Shown: positions 12,554 to 26,265 of the stretch, one piece after another
How positions within the stretch are numbered: the stretch's first letter is position 1
Layout of the letters: each line of letters starts with the position of its first letter
Assembly (NCBI RefSeq): GCF_001194135.2
Contig: NC_068988.1
Coordinates: 54,914,133-54,978,132, forward strand
Source of the DNA: Octopus bimaculoides
Lineage: Eukaryota
DNA: 64,000 nt
Reading direction: 5' to 3'
The notes under the pieces: model-generated
Told to the model about the DNA's origin: nothing
The model's input: only the letters and a program-made list of their open reading frames with translations
Database searches by the model: none
Made by a program: the position numbers and the translations under genes

Positions 12554-14337
12554 GAACCTGCACACAGTTTCCATCTACCAAAATCACTCACTAGACATTT
12601 ATCACCCTGAGTTTATAGTTGATGGCACTTGCCCAAGGTGCTGCATAGTGGGACTGAACCCAAAACCATATGACTTCAAAGCAAGCCTTTTAGTCACACA
12701 GCCATGCCTGCACCTAAAATATATTCTACTCAACCTGTATTGTTTGGAAATTTCAAGTTACCATAAATTGGTTAGATTCTAACATCCGCATGGTTTAGGT
12801 ATTGTGTCTCTGTTTTGTTTATTTAGTGCATCTCTCTTGGTTGAGAACTTTGTTTGACAATTATGTAACTGCAGGCTATTTATATTTAAAAGTAATTGCA
12901 TACATATTATTCCAGAATCAGTTAAATATAGCTAAAAAAAAAAAAACAAGTCAAACAGACCATTAACTTTATTTTAGAGAAAACCTAATTTGAAGTTTCT
13001 GGCTGTCATAGAGGTTTTATAATAATGAAATAGGTTGGGATATAATTGTTATGAGTGTGACTCTGAATGAAGTATAGGATTGTGAGCGTGTCATTGTTAT
13101 CTGTTATTTATTTTCATATAGACTTCTTGTCAAGTATTGTGTTGCTTGAATTTCTCTGCTGCAGGCTATCGACTTTATTTAAATGGTTCATAATTTATTA
13201 CTATTTAATTACACAGAGATGTCACTTTGTCTATTAATTACAACTTTTGCACATTTAGGGCTCATGAAGTTTTTAATTGTTCTGGTGGGGGTATATTTTT
13301 CTCAGATGTCCCTTATATCCAGTACATGTCTAACTCAGCTAACATAGCTGTTAACCTAGAAGTTAAAAGCTTTTCTTCCTTTGCATAGGATTCAAGATCT
13401 TTGGCATCATTGAAAAGTAATACTTCAGAATTAAATATTAAATTTATTTCTTTTAAAATGAATAACTTGGGTCAAATACTGGTTTTTTTTTTTCCTTTTT
13501 TTATTTTTGACTTCAGGTTAGCTTCTATTTTCTTTTTCACTTGTGCCATAGTTTTTTAGTAGATTATTTATACATTAACAGACCCCACTGTTACTTTCTG
13601 ATCTAATCCCTTGAATTGATGTTTTATATATTTTAATAGTACTATTATCTAATCTCTACTCCAGGAATTTATCTGTTACTGTAGGATTTGTTACCTCTCT
13701 AGCCCTCCTTCACCTCATGCATTCAGATATTAATAACATATCTTAAAAACAAATGTATACATGTATCTATGTTCTCAGTAGTAGACCACAATTTCGCACC
13801 TAGGATGTTGAAATTTTGCATAGAGGAATATAATTTCAAGGAGAAGGTCACAAGCTACGAAATTTAGTTCTGAAATCTGTTTCTTTTTATCTCCAGGCAG
13901 AAAACTAAGAATATTGTTTACTCTCTCTCTCTCTCTCTCTACCCTAGATGCTGCAGTAGACACTGGGAAATATTACTGGTTATAAATATAATTTATATAT
14001 ATTTAGAAAGGTATATTAGAATAAAATTTTGAAACAGAAATAATGTTTAGAAACAACAACACAACTGTTACTTTATTTCAAAGTCAAATCATAAAAATAA
14101 CACAAATATCCATCTACTAACAGTAGTCAGCTTCTGCAATTAAAATGGGTAAACTTCTTGTTCTCTGGATCTAATAAACAAACAACGAATCATTAACATC
14201 TGCTAACTGCATTCATGAGGCTTTATTATTGTATAGATATCATTTGCTTTTGGAGCCATGAAACTAATGCTGACCTTCCATCATTATAGAATGTTTCTTT
14301 CATATCTAAGACTTTCCATCAATCACAAATGAGCAAT

Positions 14338-14724
14338 TTTGTTGTTGGCACTCCATCGCTTATGACGTTGAGGGTTCCAGTTGATCAGATCAACAGAACA
14401 GCCTGCTCGTGAAATTAACGTGCAAGTGGCTGAGCACTCCACAGACACGTGTACCCTTAACGTAGTTCTCGGGGATATTCAGCGTGACACAGTGTGACAA
14501 GGCTGACCCTTTGAATTACAGGCACAACAGAAACAGGAAGTAAGAGTGAGAGAAAGTTGTGGGGAAAGAGTACAGCAGGGTTCGCCACCATCCTCTGCCA
14601 GAGCCTCGTGGAGCTTTAGGTGTTTTCGCTCAATAAACACTCACAACACCCGGTCTGGGAATTGAAACCATGATCCTATGACCGCGAGTCCACTACCCTA
14701 ACCACTGGGCCATTGCGCCTCCAC
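14338..14724 (-). mobile_element. tRNA-headed SINE (about 385 bp), family B
   Basis: 13-bp TSD acaaatgagcaat at 14325-14337 and 14725-14737; homologous to 18977-19365 and 36646-37030. Confidence 0.9.
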
Positions 14725-15101
14725 ACAAATGAGCAATATCATGAACATTATCTACGAAACAAATGGCTTCCTCTTGATTACTAAACACTTAGTGATAATA
14801 ATGCTTAATATTTCTGTTGAGATAAGGTTTTGTTCCTCTTTTACCAGAATCTTGGTATCTGCATGTTTAACCCTACCTTATTGAACTTCCTCCTTTCCTG
14901 CTTTCATTTGTACATTAGTCCACCGATTAGTAACTTTCAAACACATCATTCTGCTAAGACATTTGTGGCCATATTTCTTACAGGAATAGATTCACTACCT
15001 TGTTTCATTTCATCTTCAAAGTTATAAACAACTTAGAGGGAGTTAGATTAAAAATAACCAATTTTTCCTTATTTAGTGGTTGTTTCTAGGTCATTTTAAT
15101 G

Positions 15102-15618
15102 CAAGGGTGGGGAAACTTTTTAGTGTGGCGGGCAAAAATTTCCAAAGAAAAAAGTCCGCGGGCAGACCACGAGTTCTAACTCTTATATCTGTGTAAATCT
15201 TGTATATATCTATCTATCTATAATTTGATGTACATTAATAAAGATAAGTTTAACACATTAAATTAACGCGTAACATCTTCATTAATGCTGCCACTGAATT
15301 TAGGACATTTATATTGCTTATGAGGTAATCTATGTTTTTCAGCTAGAGTGTAGTTGGGTCTCAAGGGGATGGTACAAACTTAGCAATATGTGTTTTATAG
15401 TGGAAACAAAATTTCCATTCAAATAGCAATTTACCAGACGATTTCTGTTCGAGTCTAACCGTTTTAGCCATAATGGAAACGCGACCTGTGTCGCAAATAG
15501 GTATGTGAATATTGTATAAATTTTGTAATTGAAAAATTTATTAGATTTTGTACATACGAGTATATCAGCCTGTGGGCGCCATAAAATGTGCTAGCGCGTG
15601 GGGGTTTCCCCACCCCTC
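15102..15618. mobile_element. hAT-type MITE
   Basis: TIR caagggtggggaaac / gtttccccacccctc (13/15); 8-bp TSD ttttaatg / atttaatg. Confidence 0.8.
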
Positions 15619-16571
15619 ATTTAATGCAACAGACCATTGACAAAATTCTATCCATGACTGTACTATCTTTTTAAGATGTAGAGTATCTATTACAACGTTA
15701 GTCAATGCATTTTTCTTCTAAAGCAATAAGATATAATGAGAGAGATGTTTGGCTGTTATTTTCTTGCAGGTAAGTGACTACATAAAAGCTCTCTTGCTTT
15801 CTCATTCATTTATTGTTATAAGCTGGTATTTGGAATACAGCTTAAGGGGAAAAGGTTCTCACATGCTGTTATGGAATTTTTAACCCTTAAATGTGTTATT
15901 ACTCTTATAATAAGATTTCAAGTAAGATTTTAATTTAATATGAACAGTTTAATATCAGCAGTTTTGGTAGGTAGTTATCATGGGATATTGAAAAAGTTAA
16001 TTTCATTTAGTTTTCCTGTAATTTTACTTCTAGAACCCTCTGGTTTTATGATACAAAATTTCTTGTCTTAAAGTGATTTTAAGTAAAATTTCCTGTCAAA
16101 ATTTCATATTAATGTATGATTCAGATATCAGCTTGATAATGACGAAGTTTTTTTTAACATAATTCTTCATAATTTTCAAAATTAATTGAAACAGTATCAG
16201 TGTATTTCAACAAATATTGGTAAGAAAAAGGTTAAACATTTTACTTGCTACAACATAGTTTATTTCTCAGACTTATCATAATAGACCAAACCACGAGTTA
16301 CTCATTATTGCAGTCTCCCTTGATGATTGAATAATTTAAGAAATATCATGAAAGTCATATAAGATTCTATATAAAAGGGAAAAGATTTGATATAAAAACC
16401 AAATATTAATAACCATAATTGTTTGTAATTTTTCTGCCATAATAAAAAGTATACTTATGTTCAATGTAATACTACCCTTATTTTCGTTTTTATGAGGATG
16501 TTTATAATATGTAAGAAATTGCTATTTGTCTATTTGCTAGGGTCCACAGAAAGTGATGCCATATTTTGCAC

Positions 16572-16689
16572 ATGGCAAACAAAAAACACTGGGAAAATAC
16601 ACCTTCAGAATTCACGGAATTTGGTCCTCTAATCTCTGATGTAAAGCCATCAACTGGATTTTTTTCTTGGTTCTTTAAAAGAAACAAAG
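16572..16689 (+). CDS. PIKFYVE: PIKfyve coding exon 1 (exon starts 16541; MANKKHWENTPSEFTEFGPLISDVKPSTGFFSWFFKRNK)
   Basis: Acceptor tatttgctag ending 16540; in-frame TGA at 16554 upstream of ATG 16572; donor gttggt at 16690, phase 1; TEFGPL resembles the N-terminal motif of Fab1/PIKfyve proteins. Confidence 0.8.
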
Positions 16690-17464
16690 GTTGGTTTCAT
16701 TATTCTTAATAATTTGTACTTGGTATACTCACTGTCCTTTTCTTTAGTTGACAAAAATGTTAACAATAAATTTTACTAAAGAATCCCAGGAATTTATCTG
16801 AAGAAGACATATTCATAATTTAGAATACAACAAGGGAGGCTTAGTTCAGAATCGGTTCTCCATCTTCTAAGCCGACCCTACAGCTCTTATAACTTTCTAA
16901 CAATCTGGTACTAAGTTTTGTTATTGTAACTTTTCATCATACAGAAAGGGAACATCAATCAGTTTCACAGAATATGAGTGAATATGCTTTGAGAAAGAAC
17001 TTCGAATAACATATTCTTTTACTGATTTCATTCAATGGACTTTGATAATGACTATACAGGGGCATCACCATCTAGAATTTAGTTGAATGCATCAACTCCA
17101 TACTTATTCTATTGGCTGGTTCTTATTTAGTCAACTTCAGAAGGATAAAAGTCAGAGTAAACCTATGTGGGATTTGAAGTTGGAACATTAAAGGATTATA
17201 ATTCAAAACTGAAATGTCTATTATCCAACACTTCTACTGATTCTCTCAACGTATGTGATATTTAAATATTCTTAACTAAGTATGGACATATAGGCAGGAA
17301 AATACTGTTAATCAAACTAAATATTGTTCAAGTATCCACTCAGTTTTTAGCTACTATACAATGAGCTTAAGTACCATCTTTCATTGAAGTTTTATCAATG
17401 AATTTTTTGGCCAAAGTTAGGTTGAAGAATACATTTTGCCAGCCGTTGCCAATAAGACATTCGA

Positions 17465-17750
17465 GTGAGATCGTTACCAGTGCCGATGGACTGGCTCCTG
17501 TGCAGGTGGCACGTAAAGTATACCATTTTGAGCATGGCCGTTGCCAGTACCGCCTGACTGGCCTTCGTGCCTGTGGCACGTAAAAGCACCCACTACACTC
17601 TCGGAGTGGTTGGCGTTAGGAAGGGCATCCAGCTGTAGAAACTCTGCCAAATCAGATTGGAGCCTGGTGTAGCCTCCTGGTCCACCAGTCCTCAGTCAAA
17701 TCGTCCAACCCATGCTAGCATGGAAAGCGGACGTTAAACGACGATGATGT
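17465..17750 (+). mobile_element. RTE 3'UTR and (GAT)n tail, young copy
   Basis: Near-identical to 44072-44300 and 51610-52000; CpGs retained. Confidence 0.85.
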
Positions 17751-17818
17751 TCCACCAAAATGATGAAGAAAAATTATTCCTTCTGAGTCAGGTATTACCA
17801 GTTGTTTGATTTTTGTGT

Positions 17819-17855
<37 letters not shown>

Positions 17856-18976
17856 ACAGAGTAATTCATTTTGGTAACCCCACTATTCCAACAGTTGAGT
17901 GTTATGTCTGGTTACCTAAATAATCTCTCAGCTGAGAGTTGCAACTACAGTTTCTACTGGATCTGGTAGTCCACACTGTTCAAGATACTTGTCAGTCATG
18001 GACTGTACAGTATTTTAAATGTGTTCTGTTGTGTATAACAGAGTTAATCTCCGAGTCTGGTCTTTTGACTCTTGTTGTGCTTGATACAGTACATTTTCAG
18101 TTACAATGACCTGTTATTAAGTCAAAGCTGCTAAGGATCAGATGATGAGTAAACACTTATAATAACAGCAAAGCTCTTCCTCTTGCTCAGAGAATGCAAA
18201 ACTGCAGCCTCTTCCTTGGCTCATTGCTTTGTTGTGTATAGCATCATTTTTGAAGAGACATTTTCTCTGACAGGCTTCATGGTATGTTGCTCAGTTGTAT
18301 TGGGCAACTGTTTTAAAGTCCTGGAGTATGTTGAACCATGAACATTGTGCAAGAACTGTCAGAGATTTAAATAGGCTATTAAAATCTTTCATTTAAAAAT
18401 TGTGTTTATTTGAATTTATATAGTAGATACAAAACCATATTTTTTTAAAGTACTCGACCACTGTCTGTGACAATATCTGGAAGACAATTATATTTCACAC
18501 AAAAGATGTGGACAATATATATTGAAATGCTGCCTTCATTAAAGTTCCTATCTTCAAAAAGTTTGCATGCAGTTTCAAATATCATGGAAAACAGAAAATA
18601 ATCGAATCTTTCATTCACATTTAAATTTTCTTATATTTTTAAACTGCTTGAAAATTTCAAATATATTCAAGCATTATAAAAACTAGCAGTTCAATTTTTA
18701 TGTTCCATAAAAAACATAAAACCTGAATATTTTAGAAATATTAACAAATTTATAATTGAAATATATTAGAGAATAAATTATTTTCTATCTTCCATGGTAT
18801 TTGAAACTGCATGTTAACTTTTTGAAGATATGACTTAAATGTACAATTTTTATAATGATAGCATTCCAAATACATATTGCTTGTGTGTGTATTCTGTTTT
18901 TATGATAATTATTTAAATTCTTCCTTTGTGGAAGAAGCTGGCTTCTAACAAAGATTCAAAGCTCCATCATTAGGAT

Positions 18977-19365
18977 GTTGTATGTTGGCACTCCGTCGCT
19001 TACGATATCGAGGGTTCCAGTTGATCTGATCAACGGAACAGCCTGCTTGTGAAATTAATGTGAAAGTGGCTGAGCACTCCACAGACATGTATACCCTTAA
19101 CGTAGTTCTCTGGGATATTCAGCATGACACAGTGTTACAAGGCTGGCCCCTTTGAAATACAGGCACAACAGAAACAGGAAGTAAGAGTGAGAGAAAGTTG
19201 TGGTGAAAGAGTACAGCAGGGTTCGCCACCATCCCCTGCCGGAGCCTTGTGGAACTTTAGGTGTTTTCGCTCAATAAACACTCACAACGCCCGGTCTGGG
19301 AATCGAAACTGCGATCCTATGACCACGAGTCCACTGCCCTAACCACTGGGCCATTGCACCTCCAC
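18977..19365 (-). mobile_element. tRNA-headed SINE, family B
   Basis: 11-bp TSD atcattaggat at 18966-18976 and 19366-19376. Confidence 0.9.
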
Positions 19366-19419
19366 ATCATTAGGATATAGATAACAAAAACAATGTCATA
19401 TTTTAAACTTGAGAAAAGT

Positions 19420-19950
19420 CTTGCATATTTTTACTATTTCACTTATAGTTTGTATTTATAATGTGCAAATCATTTGATTGGTTTCTTTTTCTGAAAACCC
19501 TAGCTTATCCAGATTGCCACTTTGGAATCTACTCACAAAACCAAATTCACCAATTATTATTGGTATAAATGTAAATTTATAATCTGGATATAAAAGCTGG
19601 AGGTTTTGAAGCAGTTGTCCATAGTTATTCTCTTTCTCTTTGAAAATCAAAGAGATGTTCACATCAGGAGGACAGCTGACATCTATGACTGTCTGTCTCA
19701 AACAACAATATTTGACTTGTTATGTTTACACTTGACAGGTGTTTTGATGGGAATGTTCCACCAGTGTTCCTTGTATTGACGTTTGTATTCTGTATTTATT
19801 CCAGGATAGTTTTTTTTACTGAATTGCATTGTACATTGTTTTTGCAACAGTGTTGTGTCACGTAGGGAGGTAGTATCTTGATGATATTTTTGGACAACTA
19901 CTAATCACATGTGTTGTCTTCTGCAGAAATATAACATAATCTGCATTTTT
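19420..19950 (-). mobile_element. R4/NeSL-type non-LTR retrotransposon fragment (CCHC knuckle plus RLE)
   Basis: KCRLC...HVISSCPKISSRYY.P..H.TVAK, KHNK...VIDVSCPPDVNI...KE...Y..L...FIPIIIGEFG. Confidence 0.75.
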
Positions 19951-20326
19951 GGTATGTGTGTGTGTGCATATATGTGTGTTTGGATATGTATGAGTGAGAG
20001 AGATTTAGGGATGTATATAGACCCATAGGGCCAGTTTTCCTGTTTCCATGACATGATAATTCCAACCCACCCTGTGGATGGAACATCAGTCCGTCACAGG
20101 ATTATTCACTTTTTGCCAGCTGAGTGGATTGGAGCAATTTGAAATAAAGTATTTTGCTCAAGAACATGACATGTTACCCAGTCAAGTAATCACATCCACA
20201 ATCTTAGGATTATGATTCTAACAACTTAACCACTAAGCCACCACATAACTCCTACTCCCTTACAACTTTAAGTTTGTCTACATCTTTTGATTTTTCCCTG
20301 TTATGCCTCAAGGGGCATAAACCTGT

Positions 20327-20398
20327 GAAATTTTGGTAAAGATTCATTAAGAAATTTTGGTAAAGATTCATTAAGAAATTTTGGTAAAGATTCATTAA
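20327..20398. repeat. Three perfect tandem copies of a 24-bp unit
   Basis: gaaattttggtaaagattcattaa x3. Confidence 0.95.
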
Positions 20399-22028
20399 GA
20401 GATTCAAGGTAGACAAACATTGCCACCTTGTGAGTTTGCTCTGGCACCCCATCACTACCATCTTTATTTTCTTCTCAGTTACTCCCACCAACCCTCATAT
20501 AATGTGGTTTAGTCATGCTTCTCTTCTTTGGTAGGTCCCCTGTGCTTGTCCCTCTATCATACTTTAGCCTCTCAACACCTAGCATACAGACACTTCTCCT
20601 TTGCAGATACTCCCCCCCACACACATGCACTTAGTCAAGGGAGCTTTTTTCCTTTTTTTCCTGTCTTGCAAATTTTGTGACTACCTCACTAGTGCTGGAT
20701 ACACGAAAGAAACACCCAGCATACACTGTATAGTTGTTGGCTCTAGGGAGGCCGTCCAGCTGTAAAAACCATGCCAAAACAGACATTCAAGCTCAGTGCA
20801 GTCCTGCAGCTTGCTAGATCCTGTCAAACCATCCAATCCATACTAGCATGGAAAATGGACATTAAGTGATGATGATGATATATATAGCACACACACACAC
20901 ATAGGTGAATTTGTTTTGGATGTGTGAATATAATTTTGGATTATATGTAGGTTCTGGCACCAAGGTGCCACATAAAGAGCATCAGTGTTGGTGCTGGTAT
21001 CATGCAAAAGTATTGGCACCACATAAAAAGCACCCAGTACACTCTGTAAAGTGGTAGGCATTAGGAAGGGCTGCCAGCTGTAGAAACCAAGTTAAAACAG
21101 ACTATGGAACTTAGTGTTGCCTCTGGCCTTACCAGCTCTTGTCAACCCAGCTAACCCATGCCAGCATGGAAAATGGACGTTAAATAATGATACCAACAGT
21201 GACGATGCCTGTCCTAACTTTGCTTTACACCAACTGAGGATTACCTCTCATTTTCACTTGAGTACCAACACAAAACTATAATACGCTTTCCTGAAAACTT
21301 TGCTGTAATGAGGGAATTCCATAATGCAAGACCTACTGTTCCAATGATTTCCCCATTATAAATTGCAATGAATTTCAACATAATTTTTTTACTCCCCACA
21401 ACCCCCAAAAAATCCAGAAACAAAATCAAAACTCAAAACTCTGCAACCACTTCTATAATCATAACCAGGGTTTCCATATGGGGAAATCCTAGTGTTCATT
21501 TAACACATAATTTCCTACACCTATATATAAAAGACACTCTAAACTTTACCACAAGTGTGTAGTCAACATGTTAATACTTATGTAACCCATAGCACACCTA
21601 AATAACAGACACCGACACACCTACACACAATACACACACGTGAACAAGCACCCATATATGTCTATGTTGTATATGTGTTTTTAATTGACTGGAAGAAAAA
21701 TTGTAGTACTCAATTAAGAATGGCTTTTGTTAGGAGATAAAATAGTTGCTCACCCTATTGTTCTCGGTGACATTAGCATGGCTCTAAAATAGGAAAAAAA
21801 AATCGCAGTTAGCTGAAGAAGTACATTTGGTATGTTATTGTGCTAACAAGAAGTAGTATGTTGGCTGCAGTGTTTTATGAAATCAGATATTTTAGTTGTG
21901 TTTAGTCCTGTTCATCCCAGTCAGCCTGTGACTGTACCATATTATTTCTTCAGACATAAATGTAACTAAGACGACAATCTAGTGTGTTTTTGTTTTTTAA
22001 ATTTTTTTAACGATAGTAGGAGTTGCTA

Positions 22029-22310
22029 GGTGGTAAGTAGCTTGTTTACCAACCACATGGTTCCATGTTCAGACCACTGTGTGGCACCTTGGGCAAGTGT
22101 CTTCTACTATAGCCTCAGGCTGACCAAAGCCTTGTGAGTGGATTTGGTAGACGGAAACTGAAAGAAGCCTGTCATATATATATATATATATATGTGTGTA
22201 TGTGTGTATGTTTGTGTCTGTGATTGTCTCCCCAAACATCGCTTGACAACTGATGCTGGTGTGTTTACGCCCCTGTAACTTAGCAGTTCGGCAAAAGAGA
22301 CCAATACATA
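22029..22310 (+). mobile_element. CORE-like SINE, family C, with internal TA/TG microsatellite
   Basis: ggcaccttgggcaagtgtcttctactatagcc core; related copies near 5810, 9930, 12550, 26960, 28355, 37640, 39430, 47445, 56105, 56930 and 63670. Confidence 0.75.
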
Positions 22311-24799
22311 TATACATATAAACAAAAATACCCTGTTGTTGATGTTGAAATTCCAGTGAAGGAGCCAGGCAGGCAGGGAGGGTTAGTAATGGATTCAAGA
22401 ACTAAGATAGAAAATAAGGTTTGATAGAAAACAAGAGATATATAGTGGGAAATAGTATACTGCATGCATTTTCAGGAAAGAGTCTACTGTAGTAAACAGA
22501 ATACATGGATTTGAGACAATTCACAATCTCAGATTTTAATTTCATGTGTTGAATTCAACAACTATTGAAATTCATTATCTAATTAAATATGTAATTCATA
22601 AAACATATGTACCCATACACTTTGTAATTCCTGTCAGTATTTGTATATATATATGTATATATATTGTATATATTTTTTCAGAAATATGCCTTTAGAGACA
22701 ACAACTAGTATGTGAAGAATTATTTATTATTTTTGATGTCTGAACCAGCATGTATTGAATATATTTTGCTATATAATACTAACAACATTTTGATGTGTTA
22801 CTTTTTCTTCCTTCTAATCCTGTTATTAGTAGAAATGTTGTGTAAGTCATAGGGTGTGGGGACACCTAATGAAGACTTCTTCCTGTAATAATTCAGAAAT
22901 CAATACTTGACTGGTTTTCTTATACATTCTTCCATGGGACCCAAGAAAAGTAATCGAGCATCAAATGGCTCTGCTAGTATTGAATTCATTTTAAATAACT
23001 CATTTACGAAAACAACTCATAGATGAAAGAGCTATATCTATAACCTTTTTGTTTGGAAGAAGTTATCTTTAGTATAGTGTTCTCACCCAAATGCTTGCAT
23101 AAGAATAGACTCCTCTAAAAAGCAATCAAAGGCCAGGTGTTAGTGATAAGGTAACAAATTAAATTTACTACTCTGGAATAATTTACCAAAGTTTACCCAA
23201 CATCTGATGTGCTTCCTGATAGTTTCCATTGACCTAATCACACTCACTAAGCTTTGTTTGATCTGGAGTTATGCCATGCAGTGTACAATCTTGCTTACTT
23301 TGTGATTTTAGTACATTTTATCACTAAGTACATTTACATTTGTTTTGTGATCAATAATTTGGCAAGTGCACTGAAAGCTATGCTTTGCTGATGACCTCAG
23401 GTAAATGCTGAAACATGGTCAAGTTGTCTCCCATAATTGCTGAAAGCACTGAAAATAATACTAGACATGGATTAATATTGTGGTTTCTTCACTGTAACTC
23501 TATCTATCAAATCTTGGACAACTGAAAGAATTTTAAAAATAATGGAATACAAAAACTGAAAAATCAGCTTGAAAAATTACTGTATTTTAACATGTATAAG
23601 GAACCCTAATTTTAGGGTTTAAAATTTAGAAAAAAAAAAGGTTTTGTAAGGGATTGTAATAGTATCCATGTATAAGAAACTCCTATATTTTCTTAACCTA
23701 ATTTTTGACAAAAAAGGGTTCCGTATACACATTAAAATACAGTAATTCTTTTTATTATTTTGAGGTTCAATTATTAAGATACTAAGTCAGTAGTTCTAAA
23801 TCTTTCAAACATAATGGCCCAAATAGTCCAAAGAATATTCTTGGATTTAATTGTTTTTGGCTTTACAGCTCTGTTAGAAGTTATTCTCAGTCATGTGTTC
23901 TTTAGTAAAAGTTTTTTTGTTTCATATAGATTTATCATCACTGTCACTATCATTGTATCAACCAGACTATCAGATGTTATTATACATCACTGGTCACAAT
24001 GTGTTCCTTGCATTGTTGTAGCTTTCAAATGGTGTCACCCTAACTGGCCAGGTGGGCAAGCCAACATTCTCCCTGAACAGGATGCCAGTCCATTGCAGGG
24101 TTACTCATTTTTAGTTGAGTGAACTGGAGCAACACAAAATAAAACATTTTGCTCAGGAACACATGCTGCTGGTCTTGAAATCAAAACCATGATCCTGCTA
24201 TCATGAGTACAACACCCTGACCACTTGGCCATGTGCCTTCATACATTTATTATAGTATTTCTTAAATTAGTTTGTAATTTTATAATTTAAAAATGTTTGT
24301 GTGTTCACATTGGCTTTGCCTATCAATATTCTCTATGGCTGTTACTTTAATACTGAAATCAATTTATTGGCTTTTCTATGTGTGTGTTGTTCACCTTTTA
24401 ACAAAGCTCCAGATTTTGCATGATATGTTGTTCTCATATAACATTTCCGGAGTAAGTAATAGATAAGCGTGTGTGTGTGTAAGTTAAAGGATCTTGTCTT
24501 TAGAGCTAACTAGTGAAGGTAAGAAATCTATTTTTGATCTTGGTAGATCTCTTTAGCAAAGTTTATTTATATCTGTTGATAAGACTTAGAGGTCATTAGT
24601 ATATGTAGAAATATATATATAATTTAATGTCCATTTTTTTACTTGCTTGTGTAAGTCAGATGGAATTTATTGTGGCAAGTTTTCAATGCCAACCCTCACC
24701 TGTTTCCAAGCAATATTGGAAATTACTGTGCTGGTATGATAGTGACAATCAAGAAAACACTGACATGCACACATGGCTCAATATGTCGAAAAGGTTTTG

Positions 24800-26265
24800 A
24801 TAGAAATTCAATACACTGTACCCAGTGCAAGCTATAGACATATAAGAGGTGTAGTGGTATCACATGAAGATTAATAGAGAAAGTAGTCTTTCTGTGTGGC
24901 AGATTGAAAGTACAACAAACACTAAGAATGTATGGAAAATAGACTTCTTCAAATGTCCAGGGTAATCCTTAGAAGTAGTAGATAGCTTCCATTACCTAGG
25001 TGACCAAGTTAGCAGTGGAGGAGGAAGCTCTGGAAGTATAGTTTCTTCAATAAGAACAGTCTGGGCAAGGGCTACTCCCTCAGAGTGAAATGTAGATTGT
25101 TTGATACCTGTGTATGAACAGCTATGCTACATACAGTGAAATATGGGTTGTGACTACAGAGAACATGTGAAGGCTTGAAAGAGATGAAGCCAGCATGCTT
25201 CATTGGATGGGTACTGTCAGTGTGCATGTAGAACAGAGTGTTAATGATTTATAAGAAAAATTGGGTATTAGAAACATCAGATGTTGTGTGTAAGAGAGAA
25301 AACTGCACTGATGTGGTCATGTGATATGTATGGACGAGGACAGCTGCATAAAGAAATGCCAGTCTCTAATAGTGGAGGGAATATCTGAAAAGAGTAGACC
25401 CAGGATGACGTGGTATAAAGTGATGAGAAATGCTTTTTAAATGTTGAGCCTCACAGAGGAGATGACAAGGGATCGAGACTTCTGGCAATTTGTTGTGTTT
25501 GAGAAGACCCGTCAAGCTAAGTAAAATCATAGCCATCAATACATACAGGCATATCCTTTATGACCATACCCCACTCTCACATACACTCACACACACACAC
25601 ACTCTATCTTCTGTCAAAGCATCTTCACAACTCCTCTTCCCAACACCCCTAACACTCGATGCTGGCCCCTCAACTCTCTCACATGTCTATCCGCACACTC
25701 TCCATGCCCTCACATGTATGCCACAGCCCCCTCTCAGCCACTCCAAATCCTTTCACTATCACATGCTGACCCTAAGCATCTCCTCCCACACTCTTATGGA
25801 ACATCCCCCTCTACTATTTATACTCCCTCACACTGTTCCCTGTGATTAGCCCTCTTTTACTCACTCTGATTTTCTCTCTATCATACTCTAACCTCTTGCC
25901 CAGCACACAGCCACTTCTCTCACTTACACTTACTCTCTCAGCTGAGAGGTTTTTGTCTTGCAAGCCACTTGGTGAACCTACTGGTGCCATATAAAAAGTA
26001 CTTGTGCTAGCGCCTTGTGAAAAGTGCCTCTGTTGGTGCCTTGTAAAAAACACACATGCTGGTGCCTTGCTGGTTCCACATAAAAAGCACCCAGTACACT
26101 CTTTAAAGTGGTTGACATTAGGAAGCCATCTAGCCATAGAAACCATAGTATGCATGCTGAAACTGACAATTGGAGCCTGATGCAACTCTCCAGTTTGCTA
26201 ACTCCTGTTAGACTGTCCAGTCTACGTCAATGTCACAGGGATAATGATTATGATAATGATGACAA
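24800..26265 (+). mobile_element. Old RTE-clade LINE, 5'-truncated, with long C/A-rich 3'UTR and GAT tail
   Basis: Decayed CTQCKL.TYKRC, LEVVDSFHYLGD, HSEIW, GHV...RPRMTW, LEKTRQAK* followed by about 730 nt UTR ending in (GAT)n. Confidence 0.8.

Noticed and set aside
17822-18360. Poly-T run suggesting a minus-strand processed pseudogene
   Set aside because: Adjacent sequence has stops in the frames I tried, no recognisable protein and no TSD.
21368-21562. Penelope-like GNPS motif ORF
   Set aside because: One weak motif only; could be chance.
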